From Phenylobacterium sp. (GTDB lineage Bacteria; Pseudomonadota; Alphaproteobacteria; Caulobacterales; Caulobacteraceae), in contig DASUIJ010000206.1 of NCBI GenBank assembly GCA_036279815.1, forward strand, positions 1 to 38,730: a stretch of DNA of 38,730 nucleotides, given 5' to 3'. Shown in pieces: positions 1 through 9,410 of this stretch. A program made the position numbers and the translations under genes. Below the pieces are notes generated by a model, which was not told the DNA's origin, did not search any database, and worked only from the letters and a program-made list of their open reading frames with translations. Numbering within the stretch: position 1 is the first letter of the stretch; each line of letters begins with the position of its first letter.

Positions 1-330
1 CAGCGAGGCGAGGATGGTGGCCTTGCGCATGCCGTAGGTCCGGCGCGCGCTGGGCGCCCGCCTGGCCAGGGCCGTCGCGCCCCACCCCAGCAGCAGCGTC
101 AGGACATCGGAGAGGTTGTGGCCGGCGTCGGCCAGCAGGGCCAGGGAGTGGGTCCAGAACCCGGCTCCGGCCTCCACCAGCACGAACCCCGAATTCAGCA
201 CCACCCCGACGGCGAAGGCCGGGCCGAAGTCCTTGGGCGCGTGGCTGTGCCCGTGGCCGTGGGAACGCCCGTGGCCATGAAAATGACCGTGCCCGTGGTC
301 ATGGCCATCGTCGGTGTGGTCGTGCGCCAT
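1..330 (-). CDS. Cation diffusion facilitator (CzcD/ZitB-like) transporter, 5' part, runs off the window edge
   Basis: Manual translation from ATG at 330: MAHDHTDDGHDHGHGHFHGHGRSHGHGHSHAPKDFGPAFAVGVVLN...SLALLADAGHNLSDV...RRTYGMRKATILASL. His-rich N-terminus plus the CDF TM2 signature SLALLADAGHxxxD. Absent from the ORF track because it is truncated. Confidence 0.92.
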   Translation of the reverse strand, partial: MAHDHTDDGHDHGHGHFHGHGRSHGHGHSHAPKDFGPAFAVGVVLNSGFVLVEAGAGFWTHSLALLADAGHNLSDVLTLLLGWGATALARRAPSARRTYGMRKATILASL

Positions 331-341
331 GGCCCTATGTC

Positions 342-1070
342 TCACCGCGACGCCGCGGGATCAATCGGCGGGCGGGCGACCAGGGCCTCGGCCCGGCGGG
401 TGGCCGCCGACAGCTTCGCCGACCAGTCGGTCACCAGGGCCTCGATCGCCGCGTCGTCGGCGTTGGCGGGCACGTAGAACGGGCCTTCCCAGATGCAGGC
501 GCCGCGTCCGAACGGCGCCGCGATCATCACCTTGTCCCAGACGCTCCGCAGCTGGATCGCCGGCGAAACCGCCAGGCCGGTCAGGAACACCGGCGCGCCC
601 GTGCGCCTGGCGATCTGCAGCGAGCCCGCCGCGATCACCTCGTTGGGGCCGCGAGGGCCGTCCGGAGTGACGATCAGGATGCCGCCCTCGGACACATGGT
701 TGATGGCCTCGCGGAACGCCGCCACCGCCTGGCGGGCCTTGGTCGAGTCGCCCTTCTTGGCCGACGACATCCGGATGGCGGGATAGCGGGCGTGCTCCAG
801 GGCCAGCGCGACGAACTCGCCGTCGGAGGACGGGGAGACAAGGCAGCGGCGCTTCTCCTTGCGCCACCAGACCTCGGCCATGCCCAGGCAGATCGGGATG
901 CGGCCATGCCAGAACAGGCCCAGGGCCCCCTGGTCGCTGGTCAGCATCGGCTCCAGCTTCTCCAGGCCCTCGTGCCGCCAGCGGGTGGTGCGGCGGATCA
1001 GGATCAGGTAGCCGGCCAGCACCCAGCCCAGGAACGCCTGCACGATCTCGTTCCGCAGCAGCTTCTTCAC
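342..1070 (-). CDS. lpxJ: DUF374/lysophospholipid acyltransferase family, LpxJ-like lipid A secondary acyltransferase
   Basis: FWHGR, S-x-DGE and TPDGPRGP motifs, WDK near the C-terminus. GTG start overlaps the msbA stop. Confidence 0.75.
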   Translation of the reverse strand: MKKLLRNEIVQAFLGWVLAGYLILIRRTTRWRHEGLEKLEPMLTSDQGALGLFWHGRIPICLGMAEVWWRKEKRRCLVSPSSDGEFVALALEHARYPAIRMSSAKKGDSTKARQAVAAFREAINHVSEGGILIVTPDGPRGPNEVIAAGSLQIARRTGAPVFLTGLAVSPAIQLRSVWDKVMIAAPFGRGACIWEGPFYVPANADDAAIEALVTDWSAKLSAATRRAEALVARPPIDPAASR

Positions 1071-2845
1071 GCGGCGGTCTCCGCCTCCAGGTCCTGGCTC
1101 CTGGCCAGGCGGGCGTAGAGGCCGCGCTTCCGGATCAGTTCAGCGTGGGAGCCGGTCTCCACCACCTTTCCCTTGTCGATCACATGGATGCGGTCCGCGC
1201 CGCGCACGGTGGACAGGCGATGGGCGATCAGGATGGTCGTGCGGCCGGCCATCAGCCGGGCCAGCGCCGCCTGCACCTGGGCCTCGCTCTCGGTGTCCAG
1301 CGCGCTGGTGGCCTCGTCCAGCAGCAGGATCGGGGCGTCCTTCAGGAAGGCCCGCGCGATGGCGATCCGCTGGCGCTGGCCGCCGGAAAGCCTCGCGCCC
1401 GCTTCGCCCACCTGGGTGTCGTAGCCGACCGGCAGGGCCAGGATGAACTCATGCGCCGCCGCCGCCCTGGCCGCGGCCTCGATCTCGGCCTGGGAGGCCT
1501 CGGGCCGGGCGTAGGCGATGTTGGCCCGGATGCTGTCGTCGAACAGGAACGGCTCCTGGGTGACCAGGGCGATCTGGTTGCGCAGGGAGGCCAGGGTCAC
1601 GTCGCGCACGTCGACGCCGTCGATGGTCACCCGGCCCCCGGTGGCGTCGTAGAAGCGCGGGATCAGGTTCAGCAGCGTGGTCTTGCCGCCGCCCGAGGGT
1701 CCGACCAGGGCCACGGTCTCGCCGCGACGGACTTCGAAGCTGACGTCCTCCAGGGTGGGCGGGCCGCCCGCATAGGCGAAGCCCAAATGCTCGAAGGCGA
1801 CGGTCGCGGCGCCGCGGGCCAGGGCCGGGGCGCCGGTGTGCTCCCGCACCTCGGGCTCCACGTCGAGCGCGGCGAACAGCCGTCGGGCCGCCGTGAGGCC
1901 CTCGGCGAACACGGTCTGCAGGTTGGCGAGCTGGCGCAGGGATTGGGAGCCCAGGCCCAGGGCGCCGATGAAGGCCACGAAGGCCCCGACATTCATGCCC
2001 CCCGACTGGGAGCGCCATCCCGCATAGGCGATCACCGCGGCGGTGATCAGGGTCATCAGGGTCTCGGTGGCCGGCGCCGCGCGCGCCCGGGCGTTGGCGC
2101 CCTTGACCAGATGGGCCTGGCGGCGCTGCACCACCTCGGCGACGCGGGCTTCCTCGAAGGCCTCCCGGTTCTCGATCTTCACCACCCGCACCCCGTCCAG
2201 GCTCTCCATGATCGCGGTGGAGAGCGCCGAGGTCTCGGCCATGGCCCCCTTGGCGGCCTTGGTGGAGCGTTTGGAGAACCGGCGCATGATCGTGGTCGCC
2301 AGCGGCGCGGCCACCACGAGGGCCAGGGACAGGTAGAGGTCGTTGGACACCATGACCAGGACGGCGCCGATCACCGTCAGCAGGTGCTGGGTGTAGTTGA
2401 TCACGCCGGAGGTCGCCGCCTCGCGGATCAGGCCCGCATCGTAGAGCACCGACGAGACATAGGACCCGGAATGCTGGGTTCGCAGGCGGGCCAGATCGGC
2501 GCGCACCAGCTTGCCGAACAGCTGAACCTGCACGTCGCCCACGACGGCGTTGCCGATCTGGTTGACCAGCGAGGCCTGGATCACCTGGGCCAGGCCGCGG
2601 CCGATGGCGAAGGCGGCGATGGTGATGGGGATGGCGACCAGGGCGCCGGGCTTGTGCCGGACCAGCAGGTCGTTGATCGCGGGCTCCAGGATCTGGATCA
2701 GCTTGGCGCTCAGCACCGCCACCACGATCGCGGCCAGGAGGGCCCCAGTCCAGGATTTCCAGCGCGGCGCCATGTAGACTCGCGCGATCCGCCCGATCAG
2801 GGCGCGGGCCGAAAGCTCGGCGGGCACTGGGCTGGGCGCGGTCAT
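1067..2845 (-). CDS. msbA: MsbA-like lipid A ABC flippase (fused TMD-NBD)
   Basis: Walker A GPSGGGKT, signature LSGGQRQ, Walker B ILLLDE, SALD, AHRL; N-terminal TM domain. Start placed at MTAPSP (2845). Next to lpxJ-like and ctpA-like genes. Confidence 0.85.
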   Translation of the reverse strand: MTAPSPVPAELSARALIGRIARVYMAPRWKSWTGALLAAIVVAVLSAKLIQILEPAINDLLVRHKPGALVAIPITIAAFAIGRGLAQVIQASLVNQIGNAVVGDVQVQLFGKLVRADLARLRTQHSGSYVSSVLYDAGLIREAATSGVINYTQHLLTVIGAVLVMVSNDLYLSLALVVAAPLATTIMRRFSKRSTKAAKGAMAETSALSTAIMESLDGVRVVKIENREAFEEARVAEVVQRRQAHLVKGANARARAAPATETLMTLITAAVIAYAGWRSQSGGMNVGAFVAFIGALGLGSQSLRQLANLQTVFAEGLTAARRLFAALDVEPEVREHTGAPALARGAATVAFEHLGFAYAGGPPTLEDVSFEVRRGETVALVGPSGGGKTTLLNLIPRFYDATGGRVTIDGVDVRDVTLASLRNQIALVTQEPFLFDDSIRANIAYARPEASQAEIEAAARAAAAHEFILALPVGYDTQVGEAGARLSGGQRQRIAIARAFLKDAPILLLDEATSALDTESEAQVQAALARLMAGRTTILIAHRLSTVRGADRIHVIDKGKVVETGSHAELIRKRGLYARLARSQDLEAETAA

Positions 2846-2995
2846 CGTCCTTGGGGTCGGCTGTCGGGCCCTTGAAGTCAAGCCGCGCTCTGCCTCCCGG
2901 CCCACGAGGGGCGCAGGGTGTGCCGCGCGGGAAACGGTGCGCCCGATCATCGCGGCGCGCTTCCTAATCGGCCCGCGCCATCCTAGTTAGGGGCG

Positions 2996-3682
2996 ATGAG
3001 CGACGCGGAGCGAGCCTTGGCCGATTTCGATCTCGTCACGCCCCGCGGGCGTTTCCGGACCTATCTCGACTATCTGTGGAAGGACCACGCCTACCTGCGG
3101 CTGAAGTTCTCCAACGCCCACTGGGTGTCGGACGAGCTGGTGCGCACCAACCAGCCCTGGCCGTTCCAGCTGGCGGAATGGAAGCGCAAGGGGATCAAGA
3201 CCATCGTCAACCTGCGCGGCGGGTTCGACGCCAGCTTCCATGCGCTGGAGAAGGACGCCTGCGAGAAGCTTGGCCTGAAGATGGTCGACTTCACCATCAC
3301 CTCGCGCGAGGTGCCCAGCCGGGCCCGGGTGCACGGCGCCAAGGCGCTGTTCGAGAGCCTGGAATATCCCGCCCTGATGCACTGCAAGTCCGGCGCGGAC
3401 CGGGCGGGCATCATGAGCGTGTTCTACCTGCATTTCCGCAAGGGCCTGCCGATCCGCGAGGCCCTGGAGCAGCTGTCGCTCAAGTACCTGCACGTGAAGC
3501 ACGGCAAGACCGGAGTGCTCGACTACACCTTCGAGCGCTACCTGGCCGAGGGCGAGCCCAGGGGCCAGACCTTCCTCGAATGGGTCGACAGCCCCGCCTA
3601 TGACGAAGCGGGGATCAAGGCCGACTTCCGCTCCAGCATGTGGGGCCGCCTGCTGACCGAGGGCCTGCTGAAGCGCGAATAG
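2996..3682 (+). CDS. ctpA: Tyrosine/dual-specificity phosphatase homolog, CtpA-like (lipid A-associated in Caulobacter)
   Basis: HCKSGADRAG CX5R P-loop. Divergent from msbA-lpxJ, matching the Caulobacter ctpA arrangement as recalled from literature. Confidence 0.75.
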   Translation: MSDAERALADFDLVTPRGRFRTYLDYLWKDHAYLRLKFSNAHWVSDELVRTNQPWPFQLAEWKRKGIKTIVNLRGGFDASFHALEKDACEKLGLKMVDFTITSREVPSRARVHGAKALFESLEYPALMHCKSGADRAGIMSVFYLHFRKGLPIREALEQLSLKYLHVKHGKTGVLDYTFERYLAEGEPRGQTFLEWVDSPAYDEAGIKADFRSSMWGRLLTEGLLKRE

Positions 3683-3703
3683 GTCCGCCGGCCTGCGGCC
3701 AAG

Positions 3704-3717
3704 TTGATCCACGTCAT
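3704..3717 (+). promoter_or_regulatory. FixK/FNR-like binding site
   Basis: TTGAT-CCAC-GTCAT, one mismatch to TTGAY-N4-RTCAA. Centred about 41 bp upstream of the start site implied by -10-like TAGGGT at 3739-3744. Confidence 0.5.
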
Positions 3718-3773
3718 CGCCCGGCCGGCCGGGACTCCTAGGGTCGAACCGACAGGCTCAGGGAGGATTGGCG

Positions 3774-4247
3774 ATGGACGCCGCATTGGCCCAGGAGATT
3801 TCGGCGATCCTGCTCGAGGGCAAGGACCTTACCCTGGCCACCCTGCGCGAGGACGGCGCCCCGCAGGCGACCACGGTCAGCTACGCCAGCGACGGCGCCA
3901 GGATCTACTTCGGCTGTTCGCCCCAGTCGCAGAAGGCGGCCAACCTTACCCGCGACCCCAGGGTCTCCGTCACGGTGGATCTGCCCTATCTGGACTGGAA
4001 CCAGATCCGGGGGCTCTCCCTGGGCGGCCGGGCGCGGCGGCTCGTCGACCCCGACGAGATCGGTCGGGCCGGCGCGCTGTTCCAGCAGAAATTCGCGGCC
4101 GAGATGGCGCAGTTCATGACGCCGGATCCGCCGGAAATGGCCCTGTTCGAGATCGTCCCGCAGGTGATCTCCGTGCTCGATTACCGCAAGGGTTTCGGCC
4201 ACACCGACCTGGTCGAGGTCGCCGGGGCGCCGCCCACGACCGCCTAG
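3774..4247 (+). CDS. Pyridoxamine 5'-phosphate oxidase-like FMN-binding split-barrel protein
   Basis: LTLATLREDGAPQATTV, SQKAANL, DPRVSVT, DYRKGFGH motifs; RBS GGAGGA upstream. Start at 3768 or 3774. Confidence 0.85.
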   Translation: MDAALAQEISAILLEGKDLTLATLREDGAPQATTVSYASDGARIYFGCSPQSQKAANLTRDPRVSVTVDLPYLDWNQIRGLSLGGRARRLVDPDEIGRAGALFQQKFAAEMAQFMTPDPPEMALFEIVPQVISVLDYRKGFGHTDLVEVAGAPPTTA

Positions 4248-4253
4248 CGCGGC

Positions 4254-4490
4254 CTAGTGGTGGTCGTCGTCCTGGTCGGGGTTCATCAGCTTGTGGGCGT
4301 GGATGATGAAGTAGCGCATCAGGGCGTTGTCGACGGTGGACTGGGCCTTCGAGCGCCACGCGGCGGCGGCTTCCTCGTAGCTGGCGTAGGCGCCGACCAG
4401 GTCGACCTTGCTGAGGTCGCGGAACACGTTGTGCTCCACGTCCTGAAGTTCACCGCCGATGACGAGGTGCAGAAGCTGCTTGTCGGGCAT
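4254..4490 (-). CDS. DUF4170 family protein
   Basis: QLLHLVIGGEL...FRDLSKVDLVGAY...AWRSKAQSTVDNALMRYFIIHAH; usual position downstream of cysQ. Confidence 0.85.
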   Translation of the reverse strand: MPDKQLLHLVIGGELQDVEHNVFRDLSKVDLVGAYASYEEAAAAWRSKAQSTVDNALMRYFIIHAHKLMNPDQDDDHH

Positions 4491-4513
4491 GGCTTGGGAT
4501 TTCCGAAAGTGAA

Positions 4514-5308
4514 TCAATTGCCCAAGGCGATATGCCCGACCCGGTTAAGGATCAATGGCGCCAGGCGCGGCGCGGCGCAGACCAGGCTCCGCTGCTGCGG
4601 ATTGGCCCCGTTGTAACGGAAAGTCCGCCCGTGGTGGTCGCCGGCGTAGGCGCCCGCCTCGGTGGCGATCAGGTCGGCTGCGGCCAGGTCCCAGTCGCTC
4701 TTGGGCGCTATGGCCATGGTGGCGTCGAAGGCGCCCGAGGCCACCAGGCAGAGGCGGTAGGCGGTGGAGTTGCGCGCCTCGATCCGCATGGACGGCCAGG
4801 GCTGGGGCCAGGACGGATGCTCGAACATCCGCAGGTCGCCGATCATGCCGCAGCCCTCGACCAGCACCCGGTCGCTGGCCCGGATCGGCGCCCCGTTCAG
4901 GGTGGCGCCGCCCGAGGCGGTGGCGGCGTAAAGCTCGTCCACATCGGGGGCGAAGACGACGCCGGCCGACGGGCGATCGTCCTCCACCACGGCGATGGAG
5001 ACGCTCCACCAGGGCCGGCCCTTGAGGAAGGCGCGGGTGCCGTCGATGGGATCGACCACGAAGACCCGGCGCCTGGTCAGGCGCTCGGGATTGTCGGCCG
5101 TCTCCTCGGACAGCCAGCCATAGTCCGGCCGGGCGCTTCGCAGACGCTCGGTCAGCAGGGCGTCCGCGGCCAGGTCGGCGTTGGTCACCGGCGAATCGCC
5201 CGCCTTGTACTCGATGGTCAGGCCTTCCGAGCGCAGCTTCGCCGCCAGGGCGCCGGCTTCGCGGGCGGCGTCGAGCAGCAGCTCCAGATCCGCTTGGGCC
5301 GTGGTCAT
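4514..5308 (-). CDS. cysQ: Inositol monophosphatase / 3'(2'),5'-bisphosphate nucleotidase CysQ family
   Basis: PVTNAD, WLSEE, VVDPIDGT and WDLAAA motifs; ATGA overlap with pmbA. Confidence 0.85.
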   Translation of the reverse strand: MTTAQADLELLLDAAREAGALAAKLRSEGLTIEYKAGDSPVTNADLAADALLTERLRSARPDYGWLSEETADNPERLTRRRVFVVDPIDGTRAFLKGRPWWSVSIAVVEDDRPSAGVVFAPDVDELYAATASGGATLNGAPIRASDRVLVEGCGMIGDLRMFEHPSWPQPWPSMRIEARNSTAYRLCLVASGAFDATMAIAPKSDWDLAAADLIATEAGAYAGDHHGRTFRYNGANPQQRSLVCAAPRLAPLILNRVGHIALGN

Positions 5309-6636
5309 TTTCCGGCGATGGCCAGTCCGTCGACCAGGATCGAGGGCGAGTTGGCCGAGCCGCGGATCTCCAGGTCGGAGCCCACCACCAGGCGCGAATA
5401 GATGTCGATCAGGTTGCCGGCGACGGTGATCTCGGCCACGGGGTAGGCGACTTCGCCGTTCTCGAACCAGAAGCCCGCGCAGCCCACCGACCAGTCGCCG
5501 GTGTTGCCGTTGAGCGAGGGACCGAACATCGAGGTGATCAGCACGCCGGACCCGGCGTCGCGCATCAGCCCGGCCTGGTCCTTGTCGCCCGGCTGGACCG
5601 TCAGGTTCGACGTTCCCACCCCCGACGGGCCGGCCAGCCCTCGGGACGCATGGCCGGTGGAGGCGAGGCCGAGCTGGCGGGCCGACGAGGAGTTCATCAG
5701 CCAGGTGGTCAGCACCCCGTCGTCGATCAGCGACCAGACGCGATTGGCGACGCCCTCGTCGTCGAAGGGCGAGGAGCCCAGGCCCCGCACCTTGTGGGGG
5801 TCGTCGACGATGTTGATCCCCTTGGCGAACACCTGCTGGCCCAGCTTGTCCTTCAGGAACGAGTTCCCGCGGGCGATGGAGGGGCCGCTGATGGCGCCCA
5901 GCAAGGGTCCGATGAGCGAGGTGGCCAGTCGGTTCTCGAAGATCACGGGCGCCGTGGTGGAGGCGATCTTGCGGGCGCCCAGGCGGGCGGCGGCGCGGCG
6001 GCCGGCCTCCGCGCCGATGGACTCAGGGGTCGGCAGGTCGGACAGCCAGCGGGCGGAGCGGCCGTCGTAGCCGCTTTCCATTTCGTCTCCGTCGCCGGCC
6101 ACCACCGAGGCGCCGATGGAGAAGCCCGATGCGCGATGGACTCCGGAGAAGCCGTTGGAGGTGACCAGCCGCCACTCCGACTGCGAGGCCGACGACGATC
6201 CGCCTTCGGAATTGGAGATCCGCGGCATGGCCCGGGCGGCGTCCTCGGCGGCGCGGGCGGTTTCCTCCAGGGATTCCGGCGAGGGCTCTGCCGTGTCGTA
6301 GAGGTCGAGGTCGGGCAGCGGGCCCTTGGCGTAGCCTGCGGGGTCGGCCAGGCCGGAATAGGGATCCTCGGGCGCGAGCCGGGCCATGGCCACGGCGCGT
6401 TCCACCAGCTTGGCGCGGGCCTCGGGCGAGATGTCGGACCCCGACACGGTGGCGTGCTGCTTGCCGATGAACACCCGGAGGCCCAGGTCGCGGGACTCCT
6501 CCCGCTCGACTTCTTCCAGCTTGCCCAGCCGGACGTTGATCCCCAGCGCCCGTCGTTGGGCGCCCACGGCTTCGGCGGCGTCGGCGCCGGCGCGCAGAGC
6601 GGCGGCGACCACATCGGCTAACAGGTTTTCATCCAT
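5305..6636 (-). CDS. pmbA: TldD/PmbA family, non-catalytic PmbA (TldE) subunit
   Basis: GLRVFIG, SSPFDDEG, STGHASRG, GDWSVG, EITVAGNL; no HExxGH. Start at 6636 (MDENLL) or 6645. Confidence 0.9.
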   Translation of the reverse strand: MDENLLADVVAAALRAGADAAEAVGAQRRALGINVRLGKLEEVEREESRDLGLRVFIGKQHATVSGSDISPEARAKLVERAVAMARLAPEDPYSGLADPAGYAKGPLPDLDLYDTAEPSPESLEETARAAEDAARAMPRISNSEGGSSSASQSEWRLVTSNGFSGVHRASGFSIGASVVAGDGDEMESGYDGRSARWLSDLPTPESIGAEAGRRAAARLGARKIASTTAPVIFENRLATSLIGPLLGAISGPSIARGNSFLKDKLGQQVFAKGINIVDDPHKVRGLGSSPFDDEGVANRVWSLIDDGVLTTWLMNSSSARQLGLASTGHASRGLAGPSGVGTSNLTVQPGDKDQAGLMRDAGSGVLITSMFGPSLNGNTGDWSVGCAGFWFENGEVAYPVAEITVAGNLIDIYSRLVVGSDLEIRGSANSPSILVDGLAIAGK

Positions 6637-6694
6637 GTCCGCCATATGGCGGCGCGCGAGGCGCGGGGCAAGCGCGGTGCGCGCCGCCCGGGCC

Positions 6695-7096
6695 CTAAGG
6701 CAGGGCGTAGAACAGCAGGGCGACCGCCAGGAACACATAGGCGATCCAGGTCAGCACGATGCCGATGGCGCGGGGGAACGACGTCCCGCCGCTGGCGGAA
6801 AGCCCGATGGCGTGGATCACCCGGCCGGTGAACAGCAGCAGGCCTGCCACGTGGATCGCCAGCGGCGGCGCGCCGACCGCGGCCAGGACCGCGATCCCGA
6901 CCATGGCGGCGGGTACGTATTCCGTGGCGTTGCCGAAGGCGCGGACCGCCTGGGCCAGCTCCGGCACGCCCTCGTCGCCCAGGGCGACCTTGTGCTTCTG
7001 GCGCTGGCGCACCACCAGCAGCGAGAGGACCAGCAACAGGACGATGTGCAGGCCCGCCCACAGGGCGGCCGCATGACCCGACGCAGCGACGTCCAT
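6695..7096 (-). CDS. MAPEG family membrane protein (glutathione metabolism)
   Basis: VVRQRQKHKVALGDEG...RAFGNATEYVP...GRVIHAIG; four hydrophobic segments. Confidence 0.88.
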   Translation of the reverse strand: MDVAASGHAAALWAGLHIVLLLVLSLLVVRQRQKHKVALGDEGVPELAQAVRAFGNATEYVPAAMVGIAVLAAVGAPPLAIHVAGLLLFTGRVIHAIGLSASGGTSFPRAIGIVLTWIAYVFLAVALLFYALP

Positions 7097-7178
7097 GGCG
7101 GATGCTCCTTCGACGCCCCGGTGAGCGGCGAGTTGGGCGCGGAACGCCCCCCGGGGCAAGTGCGGCGATACGGCGCGG

Positions 7179-8705
7179 CTATTTCACCGGGTCGCCCGCG
7201 CCCGGCAGGCCCAGGCGGGCCCACTTGGCGGTGACCAGGTCGACGGTCGCCTGGTCCATTCCCAGCTGCTCGCCCCATTCGCGATGGGTCTCCGGCGGCC
7301 ACTTGTTGGTGGCGTCCAGGCCGATCTTCGAGCCCAGCCCGCTCTCCGGCGAGGCGAAGTCCAGGTAGTCGATGGGCGTGCCCTCGACGAGGGTGATGTC
7401 GCGGGCCGGGTCCATGCGCGTGGACAGCGCCCACATGACATCCTTCCAGTCGCGGGCGTCGATGTCGTCGTCCACGACGATCACCCACTTGGTGTACATG
7501 AACTGCCGCAGATAGCTCCAGACGCCCATCATCACGCGCTTGGCGTGGCCGGGATAGGCCTTCTTCATCGACACCACGGCGATCCGGTAGGAGCAGCCCT
7601 CGGGCGGCAGCCAGAAGTCGGTGATCTCCGGGAACTGCTGGCGCAGCAGCGGAATGAACACCTCGTTCAGGGCCTCGCCCAGCACGCTGGGCTCGTCCGG
7701 CGGCCGGCCGGTGAAGGTGGTCAGGTAGATCGGGTCCTTGCGCATGGTGATGGCGCTGACCTGGAACACCGGGAACTTCTCGACCGAATTGTAGTAGCCG
7801 GTGTGGTCTCCGTAGGGGCCCTCGTCGGCGTAGTCGTCCAGCATCACGTGGCCCTCGATGACGATCTCCGCCTCGGCGGGCACCAGCAGCGGCACGGTCT
7901 TGGCCGGGACCAGTTCGACCTTGGCGCCGCGCATCAGGCCCGCGAACTGGTATTCCGACAGGGTGTCGGGCACCGGCGTCACCGCCGCCAGGATCGTGCC
8001 CGGGTCGGCGCCGATCACCGCGCAGGCGGGTAGGGGCTCGCGCCGGCCTTCGGCCTTCCAGCGGCGGTGGTGCTGGGCGCCGCCGCGATGGGCCAGCCAG
8101 CGCATGACGGTGCGGTCCCTGCCCAGCACCTGCATGCGGTAGATGCCGAGATTGTAGTCGTCCTCCCGCGTGGCGGAGGGTCCCTTGGTGACCACCAGCG
8201 GCCAGGTGATCAGCGGCGCGGGCTCGCCCGGCCAGCAGGTCTGGATCGGTAGCTTGCCCAGGTCGATCTGGTCGCCGGTCCAGACCACCTCCTGCACGGG
8301 CGCCTTCTTCACCGTCGCCGGGCGCATGGACATCACGGTCTTGGCCAGGGGCAGCATGTCCCAGGCGTCCTTCAGCCCCCGCGGGGGCTCGGGCGCGCGC
8401 AGGAAGGCCAGCAGTTCCCCCACTTCGCGCAGGTCGGCGGCGGTGGTCCGCTCGCGGCCCTCCAGCGTCACGCCCATGGCCACCCGCTTCACCGTGCCGA
8501 ACAGATTGACCAGGCAGGGCATCGACGAGGGTTCGCCGTCGGCGCGGGTGACGTTTTCGAACAGCACGGCGGGGCCGCCGGTCGCCAGCAGGCGGCGCTG
8601 GATCTCGGTCATCTCGAGCACCGAGGAGACGGGCTCCTTCACGCGCACCAGTTCGCCGGCGGCTTCCAGCTTGGCGATGAAATCCCGCAAGGACCGGTAG
8701 GCCAT
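7179..8705 (-). CDS. ubiD: UbiD family prFMN-dependent decarboxylase (3-polyprenyl-4-hydroxybenzoate decarboxylase)
   Basis: [47 protein letters not shown]. Confidence 0.95.
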   Translation of the reverse strand: MAYRSLRDFIAKLEAAGELVRVKEPVSSVLEMTEIQRRLLATGGPAVLFENVTRADGEPSSMPCLVNLFGTVKRVAMGVTLEGRERTTAADLREVGELLAFLRAPEPPRGLKDAWDMLPLAKTVMSMRPATVKKAPVQEVVWTGDQIDLGKLPIQTCWPGEPAPLITWPLVVTKGPSATREDDYNLGIYRMQVLGRDRTVMRWLAHRGGAQHHRRWKAEGRREPLPACAVIGADPGTILAAVTPVPDTLSEYQFAGLMRGAKVELVPAKTVPLLVPAEAEIVIEGHVMLDDYADEGPYGDHTGYYNSVEKFPVFQVSAITMRKDPIYLTTFTGRPPDEPSVLGEALNEVFIPLLRQQFPEITDFWLPPEGCSYRIAVVSMKKAYPGHAKRVMMGVWSYLRQFMYTKWVIVVDDDIDARDWKDVMWALSTRMDPARDITLVEGTPIDYLDFASPESGLGSKIGLDATNKWPPETHREWGEQLGMDQATVDLVTAKWARLGLPGAGDPVK

Positions 8706-8798
8706 GACAACTCCCGCAATTGGCGCCGCGGAAGCTAGGGCCGCCGCAAGGCGCTGTCACGCTTTGCGGCGCGGCCCGGCAGGCATAAACTGTCCGTT

Positions 8799-9026
8799 AT
8801 GAAGCGCCTCGACCTCGACGACCTGCCGCCCAAGCTCGCCCAGCTGCTCACCGGCCTGGAGGAAGGCGAGGAACTGCTGCTGGTCCAGGGCGGCGCCGTG
8901 GCCGGCCGGCTGACCGGGGGCGCGCCCGAGGTCCAGGGCGACCCGGGCGAGGAGCCGCCCCCCTCCAAGGAGCGGGCCGCCGAGATCTTCGAGCAGTTCC
9001 GCTCGATGATGGAAGACGAGTTCTGA
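8799..9026 (+). CDS. Small protein resembling the N-terminal domain of Phd/YefM antitoxins
   Basis: MKRLDLDDLPPKLAQLLTGLEEGEELLLVQGGAVAGRLT follows the Phd pattern (L-xx-LL-xx-V-x-x-GEE-hhh-xx-G-xx-VA-R-L). Promoter-like TTGCGG-N16-TAAACT lies 7 nt before the ATG. Confidence 0.6.
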   Translation: MKRLDLDDLPPKLAQLLTGLEEGEELLLVQGGAVAGRLTGGAPEVQGDPGEEPPPSKERAAEIFEQFRSMMEDEF

Positions 9027-9046
9027 GCCCGGCCTGACGCCGCGCC

Positions 9047-9397
9047 TCAGCCCGCCGTCTTGGCCGCGTCGTAGTCCTTGACCGCCTTCCGGGGCGCGAT
9101 CTCCCGCCACTTGCGCTCCAGGAAGTTCCGGAACGAGCCGGGATGCAGGGTCTCGATGCGGGCGAGAACGCTGGGATAGTCCTTGTAGTGGGCGGTGATG
9201 TGGAAGGTCCCGGGCTCGGCCTCCATCAGCATCTCGCGCTCGTCGAAGCTGATGGACGTCAGGACCACGCTCTGGTCGTCGCGTCGCAGCCGGGTGAAGA
9301 ACTTGCCGTTCACCTTGTAGGCCGGCGCGCCGTAGGACATGCCCTCCTCGGCCAGGGGAAAGCTCATCACGATCTCGCGCACCTCTTCGGGGGTCAT
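9047..9397 (-). CDS. MmcQ/YjbR family putative DNA-binding protein
   Basis: MTPEEVREIVMSFPLAEEGMSYGAPAYKVNGKFF...FHITAHYKDYPSVL; RBS AGGAGG upstream of ATG 9397. Confidence 0.85.
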   Translation of the reverse strand: MTPEEVREIVMSFPLAEEGMSYGAPAYKVNGKFFTRLRRDDQSVVLTSISFDEREMLMEAEPGTFHITAHYKDYPSVLARIETLHPGSFRNFLERKWREIAPRKAVKDYDAAKTAG

Positions 9398-9410
9398 GGG
9401 GTCCTCCTGA

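Noticed and set aside
241-330. Short repeats (gtggcc/gtgccc) as a possible tandem array or CRISPR
   Set aside because: They encode the His-Gly-rich N-terminus of the CDF transporter; no spacers or cas genes.
2871-2882. Palindrome CTTGA-AG-TCAAG upstream of msbA, resembling a FixK site
   Set aside because: Spacing is TTGA-N2-TCAA, not N6, and there is no other support.
7179-8705. ubiD without an adjacent ubiX
   Set aside because: ubiX is often encoded elsewhere, so its absence from one window is uninformative.
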